Assembly: GCF_009914755.1 (NCBI RefSeq)
Contig: NC_060925.1
From: the human T2T-CHM13v2.0 reference genome, Homo sapiens
Length of the DNA: 64,000 nucleotides
Reading direction: 5' to 3' (one strand)
In this document: positions 14,413 to 26,638 of the stretch, piece by piece
Layout: every line of letters starts with the position of its first letter
How positions within the stretch are numbered: the stretch's first letter is position 1
Program-made: the position numbers and the translations under genes
The notes under the pieces: generated by a model
Seen by the model: only the letters and a program-made list of their open reading frames with translations
Database searches by the model: none
What the model was told of the DNA's origin: nothing

Positions 14413-16114
14413 TGTTTGTTATTTACAAAAAGAAAAGAAAAGAAAAGAAAATTAAACAACAACACACTTCTAAATAACATATAGATCTAAAAAAACCATG
14501 ACAGAAATTATAAATATTTTGAACCAAATGAAAACTAAACCACAACACATCAAAATGTGTGAAGTGTAGCTAAATCAATGCTTAGAAATTTATAGCATTA
14601 AATGTTTATATTAGAAAATCATAAAATTCTGAAATCAATTCTCTAGTGTTCACCTTAAGTAATTTAAAAAGGAAGAACAAGTTAAACCCAAAATAAGCAG
14701 AAAAGGTAAATAAGAACATAAATCAATAAAATAGAAAACAAAAATAGTGGAGTAAATCAATGAAACCAAAAGCTGACTCTTTGAAAAGATCCATAAAATC
14801 GATAAACCTTTAGTCAAACGGAAAGAAACAAAAGATAAAATACCAATTACCAATACCAAGAATTAAAGTGGGTACATCACTATAGATCCTGCAGATTCTA
14901 AAAGGACAGCAAGGGAATGATATGGTATGAATAATTTTATTCTAATAAGTTATATAAGCTAGATAAAATGGACACGTCTTGAAACCCACAGGCTACCAAA
15001 GCTCACTCAAGAAGAAACAGATAACCTGAATAGTCCTATATCTATTAAAGAAATGAACTCATAACTAAAAACCTTCCACAAACTCCAGTCCCAAATGGCT
15101 TCACTGCTAAATTCTAATGAACATTAAATGAAGAGATAATAACTATTCTGCACAAACTCTTCCAGAAAATAGAAGGAACATTTCCCAACTCATTTTATGA
15201 AATTAGCATTACCTTGATACCAAAACCAGATAAATAAATTAAGAGGAAAAAGACCCCACTGACCAATCCCTCTCATGAACATTAGATACAAACATCTTTA
15301 ACAAGCAAGGGACTTGCTAGCTGTGTGGAATTCTGCTGACAGGGGTTACACGAGGATAGAGAGGTTATTTGAATTCAGCAACATGGAGCTCCAGTGTTCC
15401 TACCTTCCAGACTCAGGACCTCTCTGCCACCTGGACATTCCTGTGGTTCCTTCAAAACCTCTCAGGCCACATACCCCTGCTTACCAATTTCAGCCAGTTG
15501 GCCACTTCACTCAGCTCCTGTCTACCACAACCATCATTCAGGTCACAGCCTACCCTAAGGCTGTGGCAGATATTGATCAGTGCCTACCTCCAAATTAGAA
15601 CCACAGACTTTCCTAAAATTTGATGATGGGGGTGCAGGACACGCGATTAGCATATTCTCAGGGTATGAAGATTGGCAGGTTCTCAGGCCACAGGGGTCAG
15701 GAAGCTAAAACTGAGACTGGCAGATTATTCTTGAGGATCCCTCTTGAGGTCCAGTGGTCCCTAAACAGCATGCAGGCAACCACTTTAATATCAATGATTG
15801 GCACAGTCCTTGGTGATAACAACACAGGAAAGGAAGCTGAGCAAGGCAGCCCAAAGCAACACCTTCTGGCTTCTCAATTCTGCCCCTGGACACAACAGAC
15901 TCACACTATGTGCAGTCAGGCTAGAAGAGTCCTGGTGTCCCTTACTCACTGAGCCCCAGCCAAAAGCTGGGCCCATGCTGGACACTACAAAGAATACCAA
16001 GGTACTGCTTAGCACTCCGTCCTTCACAGAGTCCCTATCCTGGTTCCTTGAAGCCATCTTAAATGTATATATGATGTATGAATATATTGTTGTTTGCTTC
16101 TCTCTGAGCATGTG

Positions 16115-16840
16115 TGTCAGGTTAGGCCCTCCTAGAAGCAGATGCCGGAACAGAATCAGAAGCGCAAGGTATGAATTGCAGGAAATGTTTGTGAGAGTTA
16201 AAGGGCAGGGAGAATCTGCAATCTGCAATACCAACCTGATAGCTGTGAAAGGGGAGGGGGAAGGAAAGAGGATTGGACAGGAAGACCCTCAAACTGCAGT
16301 GCGGCTCTGAGGAGCCCCAGAGCACTGATTGCCCATTAGAGGAGTCCTGCATCAAGCAGAAAGTGGTCCAGTTCCATTACCCCCACAGTGCTTGGTGGTT
16401 GGCCAGGCACAGCCTAGGGAGAATGAGCCTCAGCTGAACATCTCAGAGATCCAAAAGTACAGCACCTGGAGGCTGTCAGCCACTCCCTGGTCCTTTTGAA
16501 AGGAAAGCTGGGCCAGGCGCAGAGGCTCGCGACTATAATCCCAGCACTTTGAGAGGCCAAAGCAGGTGGATTGCCCAAGCTCAGAAGTTCAAGACCAAGC
16601 TGGGCAACATGGCAAAACCCCATCTTTATAAAAAATACAAAAGTTAACCAGGCATGGTGGTGTGTGCCTGTAGTCCCAGCTACTCAGGGGGTTGAGGTGG
16701 GAGGATCACCTAAGCCTGCAGTGAAACTCGTTGGTGCCCCTGCACTCCAGCCTGGGCAACAGAGTGAGACCTTGTCTCTAAAAATAATAATAATAATGAA
16801 AGGAAAGCTGTGTGACCCATCTCCATGGCCAACATCACAT
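16115..16840. mobile_element. Old LTR (MaLR/ERVL-type) interrupted by an Alu
   Basis: CCTAGAAGCAGATGCCG...GGAAATGTTTGTGAGAG...CAGCACCTGGAGGCTGTCAGC blocks resemble old MLT1-class LTRs; boundaries approximate. Confidence 0.45.
16511..16797 (+). mobile_element. Alu (old, AluJ-like) with (AAT)n tail
   Basis: Diverged Alu; perfect TSD GAAAGGAAAGCTG at 16498-16510 and 16798-16810. Confidence 0.92.
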
Positions 16841-17860
16841 TGACGATTTCATTATAAAAAAAAGGCTTTGTCCTCATAAGGTTTGTTAAATGGATAACAA
16901 AGGGATTAAAGAGTCAAAAGGATTACGAGTCTGAAATATTTGAGAATAAACTAGGAGAGACCAGGTCAGAACAAAGCTCTTACAACTCAAATAAGAATTA
17001 GGACACTTCTCTTTGTTTTCTTTTCTGTGGTGTTTGGTTTTATCAATTTATAGCTGATTAAAGTGAGTTGACTTTATTTACAGTGGTTTATGAGGAATGC
17101 TGCAGAGGTATTTTCCTGAAGTGAATTGTTCAGTCTTAAGATGCCAGTCTAAATCAATTCAGCCTTGATCAATGAAAACTCAGGCCCAGGCCCCATTTCA
17201 GTCTGAGGACAGTGGCTGGGGGCAGAGGAGAGGGAGAACTGTACTCAGCATAGCTCATGGCACTCATGCTTGGCTTCAGGCTTCCGTGAACTCATTATGG
17301 ATCCTAAGGAGCTAAGTGTATGGTCAAGAGCCAGTCAAGTAAAACAAGCATTAGCAGCAGATTCCTCAGGAAACAAAGAAACAAGACTATGCAGCTCTGA
17401 AACTGAAATATGGAGGTGAGCAAGGAGGGGTTCAGTCTTGAGGAAAACATCATTCTGATGTAGGACATGGTCTAAATCCTCTTTGAATATCCAGCCACTA
17501 GAAGGTACACATAAGTTTTGTTGGATTAACAAGTGAATGTGAAAAATGGCAACCTACCCCACCCTCCCCCATTTCACTGGGGACCTTAGGGGAACAAAAG
17601 AGAAGTCACTCCCAGTCAAGAGGAACTAAGGACAACCTCCAGAGACCCAGCACCAAGAAACCAGTGTCAGAGGAGGAGAAAAGGCCAACACTAAACTGGG
17701 AGCCACCCAATGGGTCCAGGAGCTAGACTGAAGGAGTCATGGAGGCTGCCTGGAAGCAACAGAAGGTGCCAGCAAGATAAGCACCCCAGCAATCCTCAAA
17801 GATCACAAGGGGAAGGATTGAGAATAAGCCTACAGTGGAGTCTGAGACAGGAAGACACTG

Positions 17861-17862
<2 letters not shown>

Positions 17863-17904
<42 letters not shown>
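17863..17904. repeat. (TAT)n trinucleotide microsatellite
   Basis: About 13 perfect TAT units. Confidence 0.95.
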
Positions 17905-17905
<1 letters not shown>

Positions 17906-20425
17906 CTGCAGCTTTCCCTTACGCCTAAGCTGATGGGACTAGAAGAATCTTGGATTAGCACAGGTTGACAAATTATCCTCACAACAGTAGTGAGAAGTAG
18001 TGATTATCCCATTAAGGAGGCCAAGGTGAATGGCAGAAGGCATATCATGGAAGACACAAGGAGAGCTTTCCAAAGGAGGGAGTAGCCTGCTGGCCCACCA
18101 TACGCCGGGGCAATAACTAACTCTCTAGGATCCAGAGCCCAAAGGGAATGGGATCAAGAGAACAGATGAAGACATGTTCAAGCCTTTTTGTCTGGGAGGG
18201 AAGGTGATAAAAGGCAAAGAGTTCAGAATTCATATCAGAAGCCTGGAATTTGAATCCAGGACCCCCTCTTCCTATTTCTGTGTGCAAGCCATTTAACCCC
18301 TCTGATTCTCAGTTTTCTGATATGTAAAACAGGGCACAAATGTTAACACCCATTTCAAAACCAGAAGTGGATATCAAATGCAATAGTGCCACGACAGGAG
18401 CTTCACAGGCCCACCTTATGCTATCCCCAGACCCCACCATTAGCTAGCACAGAACTCTGGGCACTGCTGGTACTCAAACTGTGCTGCTTGACAAGGCCTG
18501 ATGAGAAAACGAACACACCCTGGGATCAGGCCTCAGAGGGGAGCTGACTTGAGGTCTATGTTCTCATACATTGACCAAGGCAGAGGCCAAAACCATCTCT
18601 CTAGAGCAGGTTTTCTCCTGGGGGTATCTTGTTCCCTCTTGGTGCAATACAAGAAAATAGGCCATGTGTTCACCACACCAACTGCAGACTGGCAAAGCAG
18701 GTATGAGATTAATGGCTTTTCTGTACAACAAAGGCCTTCCTGCACAGCAGCAGAATTCAATATGCAAACCCCGCCACCCTGGCTTCAGACCCACCCTCCC
18801 AGCTTGGTGGACAGCGGCAGCTCGAACCCCATAATATATGCACGCTCCGGCTGCTGGGCCCAAGTTATTATTCATTACAGTTTTCTATTACCCAGTGATA
18901 AATGATGCCCCCAGGCTGGCGTTGCCCCCAGAATGCTTATTACGGCTCACTTAAGTAGGCGTTGATTTAGCTTAAATCGGTTGTTCTGTTCAGCCCAGAC
19001 ACGGGCCTGCCCCAGCTCTGCCTGGAAGACTCTCTTCACCAGGGTGTAATTGAATTCTAACTACTCCTGGCCTCTTATTAGGAAGGGGTGGGATAGGAGG
19101 CCCCATGTAGGGCCACAGGATGGTCCAAGCCCCAGTGGTCTCTCCAGCCCTGTAGAATCCTAATTTAATAAGGGTCTTCCCTTTGACTCTAGCCAATAAA
19201 TTTGACAAGCAACTCCAATTAGGCCTGGACGGACTTTCCTCACAGGAAAAATGATGAAATCTCAGGTAGAAGCAACTCAAGGGGTGCCAATATGACTGTT
19301 CTTAGGTCTTGCCTCTGGATCAGGCCACTCAAGTCATGGTATCTAGTTGCTGTCCAGATCCATTCATCAAATTATTTGCCACTGACAGAGCCAGGCTTGT
19401 CATCCATAAAAATCCAACACAGCTGATGTCCCTGGAAAGAGAATGGCCACACTGGAGACATTATGGCTACAAAAACTAGGACCTTCACCATGCATTCATG
19501 CAGCAGAGACTGACTGAGCACATAGTACGTGCCAGGTGCTGGTCACAAATAATTAACAAAGCAGCCAGTACTCTCTGCCAGTGTGGAGTTCACATTCTAG
19601 AGTTTACTTATTGTCGATTATGTGCCAGACATTGTTTTAAGGGCTTACCAAATTTAACTGTCATCATAACCCCATCCTGTTTTATAGAAAAAAAAATAAA
19701 CTGAATCTTAGAAACACTCAGTGTTTTACCAAAGGTCACTCAATGATTAAGGGTTAATAAGTGACAGAGTAGATTTGAACACAAGCTTATAACCACAAGT
19801 TGCACTTCTTGTTTATGTTGTTATACATTATTACACCATTGTATTTGCCTAGCACATTAGAAGTTACAATGTACTTTTTCATATTCATTAATAATCCCTA
19901 CTACAACCTCCTGGGCAGTAGGTATTAATTTTAATATCTCACAGCTGTGATGATTAAGAACATGGGATCATGATCATCTGGGCCTAGATAAGAATCTTTG
20001 CTCTGCCTCTTACTAGCAATGTGACTTTGGGAAAGTTCTTTATCTACTCTGAGCCTCCCTTTCTTTGAAATAAAAATAATAATACTACCTCAAAGACTGT
20101 GAGAATTCAATTAGAAATGGTATGTATTGCACTTAGAGTGACTTGTGTGTAATACATTTTGGTCTTGAGACCTTGGCAGGAAGGGGGCAATGCCAGGGAT
20201 CAACTATTCTGGGTGGGAAATAAGAAAGTATCTTTAATATGAAGACAGTCCAGGAGGGTAGCAACAGAAGCCAGATCAAAGTTCTGGAAAAACCTAGTGA
20301 TTTGGGGAAAGAGAATTTCTTCAGGGACAAGGTCTGAGGCTCAGAAACATAAAGGGCATAGGAAGTCTTTGGATCATTTTGTATCTTCTGCTACCATTTC
20401 CTTTTCTTTCTCCCTTAGTAAAGTT

Positions 20426-20670
20426 TTGGTTTTTTTTGTTTTTGTTTTTGTTTTTTATCTCAGCTCATTGCAACCTCCACCTCCTGGATTCAAGCGATTC
20501 TCCTGCCTCAGCTTCCTGAGTAGCTGGGACTACAGGCATGCGCCACCATGCCCAGCTAATTTTTGTATTTTTAGTAGAGACAGGGTTTCACCATGTTGGC
20601 CAGGCTGTTCTCAAACTCCTGACCTCAGGTGATCCACCCACCTCAGCCTCCCAAAGTGCTAGGATTACAG
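20426..20670 (-). mobile_element. Alu lacking both ends of the body
   Basis: T-rich tail joins directly to ATCTCAGCTCATTGCAACC; Alu stops at GATTACAG; CTTAGTAAAG on both flanks. Confidence 0.88.
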
Positions 20671-21689
20671 TCGGTAAAGTTCTTAGTAAAGGAAAAGCCC
20701 ATCTGTCTCAGCTGGGAACCCAAGGGAAGGAATGATCATGAAACAATAATAACAAGGGCTAGCATTATCAAGCACTAAGAAGCACACTCAAGCCAACTCT
20801 GCACTATGTGTTTGATACATCTCAATTCATTTAACTTCACCACAAACCTCTGAAGCAGGAATTATCCTTCTCATCCACTTTACAGATAAGGAAACTGAGG
20901 CTCAAAAAAGATGAAAGAATCTGCCCAAATAATTTAGCCACAATTAGTAAGTAGCTACAACAGGATTCAAACCAGAGAGGAGCATAGGTCCCAGCCCCAC
21001 TCAGTGAGGAATGGTCAACAACCTCACACCTGATGGCAATCAGAGGCAGTTTTCATAAACCCATTTCCTTCACCTTGTTCTTAACTATTCAAGGAGCTTG
21101 CACGCTGAGGAAGAACTGAGAACAGCTGAAAGCGAGAAACAACACAGCCCAAACTAGCCTGGAAGGCAGTCAAAACCCACAGAGCAAGCATCAACTAACT
21201 GGGCAGATTAAAAAATGTTCCAAACCATCCATCACATCCTTAGTGTCATCTCTCACCTGTTGTTTTTGTTTGTAATCAAAAAGAGGGGGTTTTACTACCT
21301 GAAGATGCTTTATCCAGCTTTTTGCATCCCTGAGCTTCTGAACTTGCTCCTCAGCTCTTGGCTACAACAATCGAAGCGTGGGAGACACAGCAATGCGTGG
21401 AGCAGGGATGCCTCCAGCGGAAAAGGAGGTCTGAGTGCTTATGTTACCCGGAAAGCTAGGTTAGCCCCCTGGTAGGCAGCATCTTCAGGACCCTAGGTCA
21501 GCCCCATGTTAGCAGTTCTCCAGCGTAACAGGACACATATGCAGGTGTCCACCGTCTCCACAACCCCAGGGTGTGAGCCACATGCTGCCCTGCGCCCCTG
21601 GCATTGATCTAAGGCCTGGAGGACATCTTCTTTAGACAAGGTCGCCTTTGGCTGCTAATAAAGTTCAGCTGTAGAATTATTCATCAGCT

Positions 21690-22310
21690 TTTTTTAAAAA
21701 AAATACATCATTTTCATAATAAAAATATATAACTATGTTACAGAAAATTTGAAAAATAGGGGAAAAAAGAAACAAAAACAAGCCATAATTCATTCATCCT
21801 GACACAATTGCTATTAGCATTCTTGGTGTGTTTCTTCTCCCCGAAGCTCTAGCTTTCACCTCATTGTAACCATGGCACACTCACAATTGTATATCCAATT
21901 TTTTGTGGCCTAATATTATATCCTAAACTTTTTTTGGCATCATACACAACCTAAATAACTATGATTTTAATCCTGCCTAATATTCCATGGATTTTGGCCA
22001 TAATTTACTTAGGTGTTCTATTAACGAGTATTTCACTATCATAAGTAATGCTGCAATGAACATCTTTGTATTTACTGTTTTCTTCCCCAATATTTGGGAT
22101 TTTTCCTTAAGGTAAATTTTCAACATATATGCCATATTTGGGTCAAAGGGAGTGACTGGTTTTTTTGACTCAGCATCAATGCCGCAAGCATAGGAGAGTA
22201 TCCGGTTCAATGCAACACTGTCAACATTGATGATCTCTTTTTATCCTCATTTCATAGCCTAATTTTAAAAAGACCTCTTTGTTGTTCTAATTTGCTTTTT
22301 TGTGGGTTCT
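21690..22310 (-). mobile_element. Old L1 3'-end fragment (L1ME-like)
   Basis: TAATATTCCATGG...CCATAATTTACTTA...TAATGCTGCAATGAACATCTTTGTA is typical reverse-strand L1M 3' sequence. Confidence 0.6.
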
Positions 22311-22743
22311 TAGAGAAGGGAGTCAGTATCATCATTTTTAAGAGTTAAAAGCTTTGGATTTAGGCTGGAGTTGAAAATAAAATTCTGCTATTCCATGAGC
22401 TATGGTGCCTTACTTAATTCTCTCTAGCCCCATCCAGTCTTCTCATCTGTAAAGTGGGGATAATACCACCTACCTACAGGACTGGCATTAGAATTCCATG
22501 AAATCATTTATCTTAGTCCAATTCCTGGCAAATGATTAGCACCACATGTTTCTGGTTGTAGTTTATCAATAACTTTAAAGCATTAAGAAGTGTTATTACA
22601 CAGTCAATAAACATTTATGGAGGTTCTGGGGATGCAAGAAAGAATAAACCATGGGTCTTGTCCTTGAAGAGGTCCCAGTCTGGGAGGGGATAAATAAGTA
22701 AGAATAAAACAAGTGCTTAGTGTTACAGTAAAACCCAGACTGA

Positions 22744-23074
<331 letters not shown>

Positions 23075-24693
23075 TCAGAATGAGGTAATGCTGCCCAAGA
23101 GGTCCAAACTGAGGGAGCTCAGGGCAGAGCCAAACCACATCTGGGAATCAGGAGAGCAAAAAAAAACCATTATGGAAAATGCACATTATGGAGGAGGCCC
23201 ATTCACCATGGGCATTGAAGAACGGGTTGTGTTCTGGTGGTAGACATATGGGGGAGGAGGACAGGGTAGCGGGAACAGCACAGGCAAACGTCCGGAAGTG
23301 GGAAGTTTCACTCAGAATGGATACGGGAAACAGCAACTTGTCCCACTGGGTTCATGAACTGTCAGTCTGGCCACACCGGGTGGCTGATCTGACTGCAGGA
23401 TGAGCTTGCTTCACGGAACTCTCTGCTGGCTCCCCAGGCCTTCTCATTAAACTTAATACTCAAAATGTCAGGGTAGGTGGAGAGAGTGTTTAAATTATAA
23501 AGTTTCCCTCTTAGAGCATACTCTTAACACTCTTTGAGATTAAAAAAAAAAAAAAGATGCTAATAAAAATAAGACCACCTCCATCCAGAACCCCAGAATG
23601 CTAATCAGTGCCTTGTCAGATTGAAGAGCCCTAACACACTGTGGGGCAGGGGATGCTGTGCCTCGCCAGGAAATCTTACTTTGAGAATCTTTCTCAGGGT
23701 CTAGCTGTTTCCCATCCAAAGCCCCAATAGGGTGTTGTGGCTGGAAGCCATAGTCATGGCTTAGCTCCATGAGGGGAGTTTAGACAAAATTCATCCTCCA
23801 AGACCTAATGCCATGATTCGCTCCTCTGACAAGCCGTCTGCCATCCAGCCCTAATAGATGACTTCCCTGATTGCCATAGTCCTTCATTCTCTCACAGCCC
23901 CATCCACACTCATTTTCTGGTCAGCTGCAAACTTGTCTTATCTCCCATACTCACTTGCTAGATGGCAAATTCCTTGAGGGCAGGCATATGATCTGCTTGC
24001 CTTACCTTTGTTTCCTTCACTCCTGCTCAGAAATCCACTCCAAAGTACATGAAGCAAAAAGCAATTAAGCAAATGGGGATTTACCTGGATGCAGGTGAGC
24101 CCTGACCACTATGAGCAGGACCAAGATCAGGAACCCAAGCACTTAAGCATCCTTAAGCCTCTCTCCTCTCCTCTTTCCTCTCCTCCTTTTCCTCTTCCTC
24201 CTTTTCTCTCTTTGCCTCCCTATCCCCTCTCTCCCTTCCTCATACCCCTGCCCACTTCTATCTCCCATCTAGACATTCATTTTTCTTTCTCCTCTGCAGA
24301 ACAACATCTTTGAGCCTGGAACAACCTCCCTACAAGATCTATTCAAGTCTGCAGTTTTGAGTGACCCAGCCTCACTCCAGTCTTGATTCCAAATTTCAGG
24401 GAGAAGAGAGAGAATCGAATTGACCCAGCTGGTGTCAGATGTCCACTTGGGTCCATGGGTATTTACAATAGCAAACATTTGTGGAGCCCTTCCTAAGTAC
24501 AAGCTCTAAAAGCTTACGTGTATTAACTCATTTTAATCCTTACCAGCCTTTGAGGTAGGTGCTGCTAACAGCCTCATTTTACAGATAAGGTAAACACCAT
24601 AACAAAACTCGGATTTGTGTGGCTAAATTGACACAGCTGGTAAGTGATGAAGCCAGGACATTGAACCCAGGGAGTCTGACTCCACAGCCCAGG

Positions 24694-25031
24694 TTTTTTG
24701 GTTTTGTTGTTTTTTGTTGTTTTTGTGTGTGTGTTTGTTAGTTTTTTTGAGACGGAGTCTTGCTCTGTCGCCAGGCTGGAATGCAATGGCGTGATCTTGG
24801 CTCAGGCTCACTGCAACCTCCACCTCCGGGTTCAAGCAATTCCCCTGCCTCAGCCTCCCAAGCAGCTGGGACTACAGGTACGCACCACCATGCCTGGTGA
24901 ACTCTTTGTATTTTAGTAGAGACGGGGTTTCACCATGTTGGCCAAGATGGTCTCGATCTCCTAACCTCGTGATCCACCCGTCTAGGCCTCCCAAAGTGCT
25001 GGGATTACAGGCGTAAGCCACCACGCCCGGC
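24694..25031 (-). mobile_element. Alu (AluSc-like) inserted in a MIR
   Basis: TGTCGCCAGG and CTCGTGATCC variants; flanking repeat AGCCCAGGTTTTT; MIR sequence at about 24480-24690. Confidence 0.92.
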
Positions 25032-26082
25032 ACAGAGCCCAGGTTTTTAACATTATAGTATGTTGGTTTGGGACATTGTTTTTTTTCAGACAATAGACAG
25101 CCTAGTGGGGAAACAGGGCCGTGGTAGCCCATTCTCAGAAGTGGGCAGTTGTCAAAGAAACACTATCCTTAAAAGCCCTTTGCTTCTGCTCAAAGTGGTG
25201 GGTGGATGGGTGGGTGGATAGATGAATGGAAATTTAATGCCATCTCCTTGTTGCTCAGCTCATTTCACAGCAAAGTACTCTATCAGCTAAAAAACAACTC
25301 TAGAGTATCCTTGAAGTCAAAAGAGAAGAAGGGAGAGGAAGGCCAGGGCTTTGGGCTCTCTTATCTCAATGGCTTGAAGGTTTTGGTGTTGAAGGGATGA
25401 AAGCTGAAATTCCTAGGCAGGAAAAGATAACCCACTCCTCCTTTTATTCACTAAATTATCTCAGAAAGGATGGAAGCGAATGCTTAGAATGGAATGAATC
25501 AAAATGACCAAGCCATTAGGGAGAAGAGGAAGTGGAAGGATAGGGTTCTTGGAAGTTTCCAAGTGGGACAGAGACCAAATGGCACATGGTACCCATGATG
25601 AGGACTTGCTGTGATGGGGCAGGGGGAGAAGGTAATTAAATACTACTATCTGCCGCCTTCAGATCTACATGAAAAGACCCCTGTGGCCAAGCGTAGCACA
25701 AGGGCTGAGGGGTTCCCCACCTTCTAAACACGGTGACCGGCATGGACTCAGACCAGAGCGGACTGGGTAAGACCCTCCAGAATGTTTCTAGTACTCAGTA
25801 GTGGAGGGAAGGCAAGGAACAGAAACCCATTTGAAGACTTGATCTTGCCAGCTTAGAAAGATGGACACTCAGAAGAGGTGAATTCGGACTTACAGAATCA
25901 AAAAGACATGTGCTATCTCTTAACTCTAGCGTTGTCATCTAAGCGCCTCTTGTTGAAGTACCTCCTAAAGCCCAGTAAGCCAATGCTTGTCCCCGGATGG
26001 GCACAGGTTGTGTAAGTCACCTTTTCCCACCAGCATTCCCCGTGACACAGCTGTCTTTTCAGTCTCATATTGCTTTGCCTCC

Positions 26083-26638
26083 TGTATTAGTCAGGGTTCT
26101 CTAGAGGGACAGGACTAATAGGATAGATGTATATATGAATGGGAGGTTATTAAGGAGTATTGACTCACAAGGTGAAGTCCCACAATAGGCCGTCTGCAAG
26201 CTGAGGAGCAAAGAAGCCAGTCCAAGTCCCAAAACCTCAAAAGTAGGGAAGCCAACAGCACAGCCTTCATTCTGTGACTGAAGACCCAGGAGCCCCTGGC
26301 AAACCACTGGTGTAAGTACAAGAGTTCAAAAGCTGAAGAGTCTGATGTTCAAAGCTTGGAGTTTGATGTTCGAAGGCAGGAAGCATCCAGCACAGGAGAA
26401 AGATGGAGGCCAAAAGACTCAGCCAGCCTAGTCCTTCCACATTCCTCTGCCCGCTTTTATCCTAACCACGCTGGCAGCTGATTAGATGGTGCCCACCCAG
26501 ATTGAGGGTGGGTCTGCGTCTCCCAGTTCACTGATCCGAATGTTAATCTCCTGTGGCAACACCCGCACAGACAAACCCAGGAACAATACTTTGCATCCTT
26601 CAATCCAATCAAGTTGACACTTGATATTAACCATCACA
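26083..26638 (-). mobile_element. MLT2A (HERV-L) solo LTR, probably MLT2A2 by length
   Basis: TGTATTAGTCAGGGTTCTCTAGAGG...AAGTTGACACTTGATATTAACCATCACA; 556 bp; perfect 5-bp TSD CCTCC (26078-82, 26639-43). Confidence 0.92.

Noticed and set aside
15798-16310. 170-aa ORF (and others of 130-170 aa, e.g. 3015-3443, 48907-49416, 59593-60039)
   Set aside because: No recognisable domain, often non-ATG starts, partly inside LTR relics; lengths are compatible with chance in 64 kb across six frames.
17490-17512. Possible CTCF site (CAGCCACTAGAAGGTAC)
   Set aside because: Mismatches in the core GGGC/GGCG positions; cannot be supported without a PWM score or ChIP data.
17710-17928. Poly-isoleucine ORF
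   Set aside because: Reading of the (TAT)n microsatellite.
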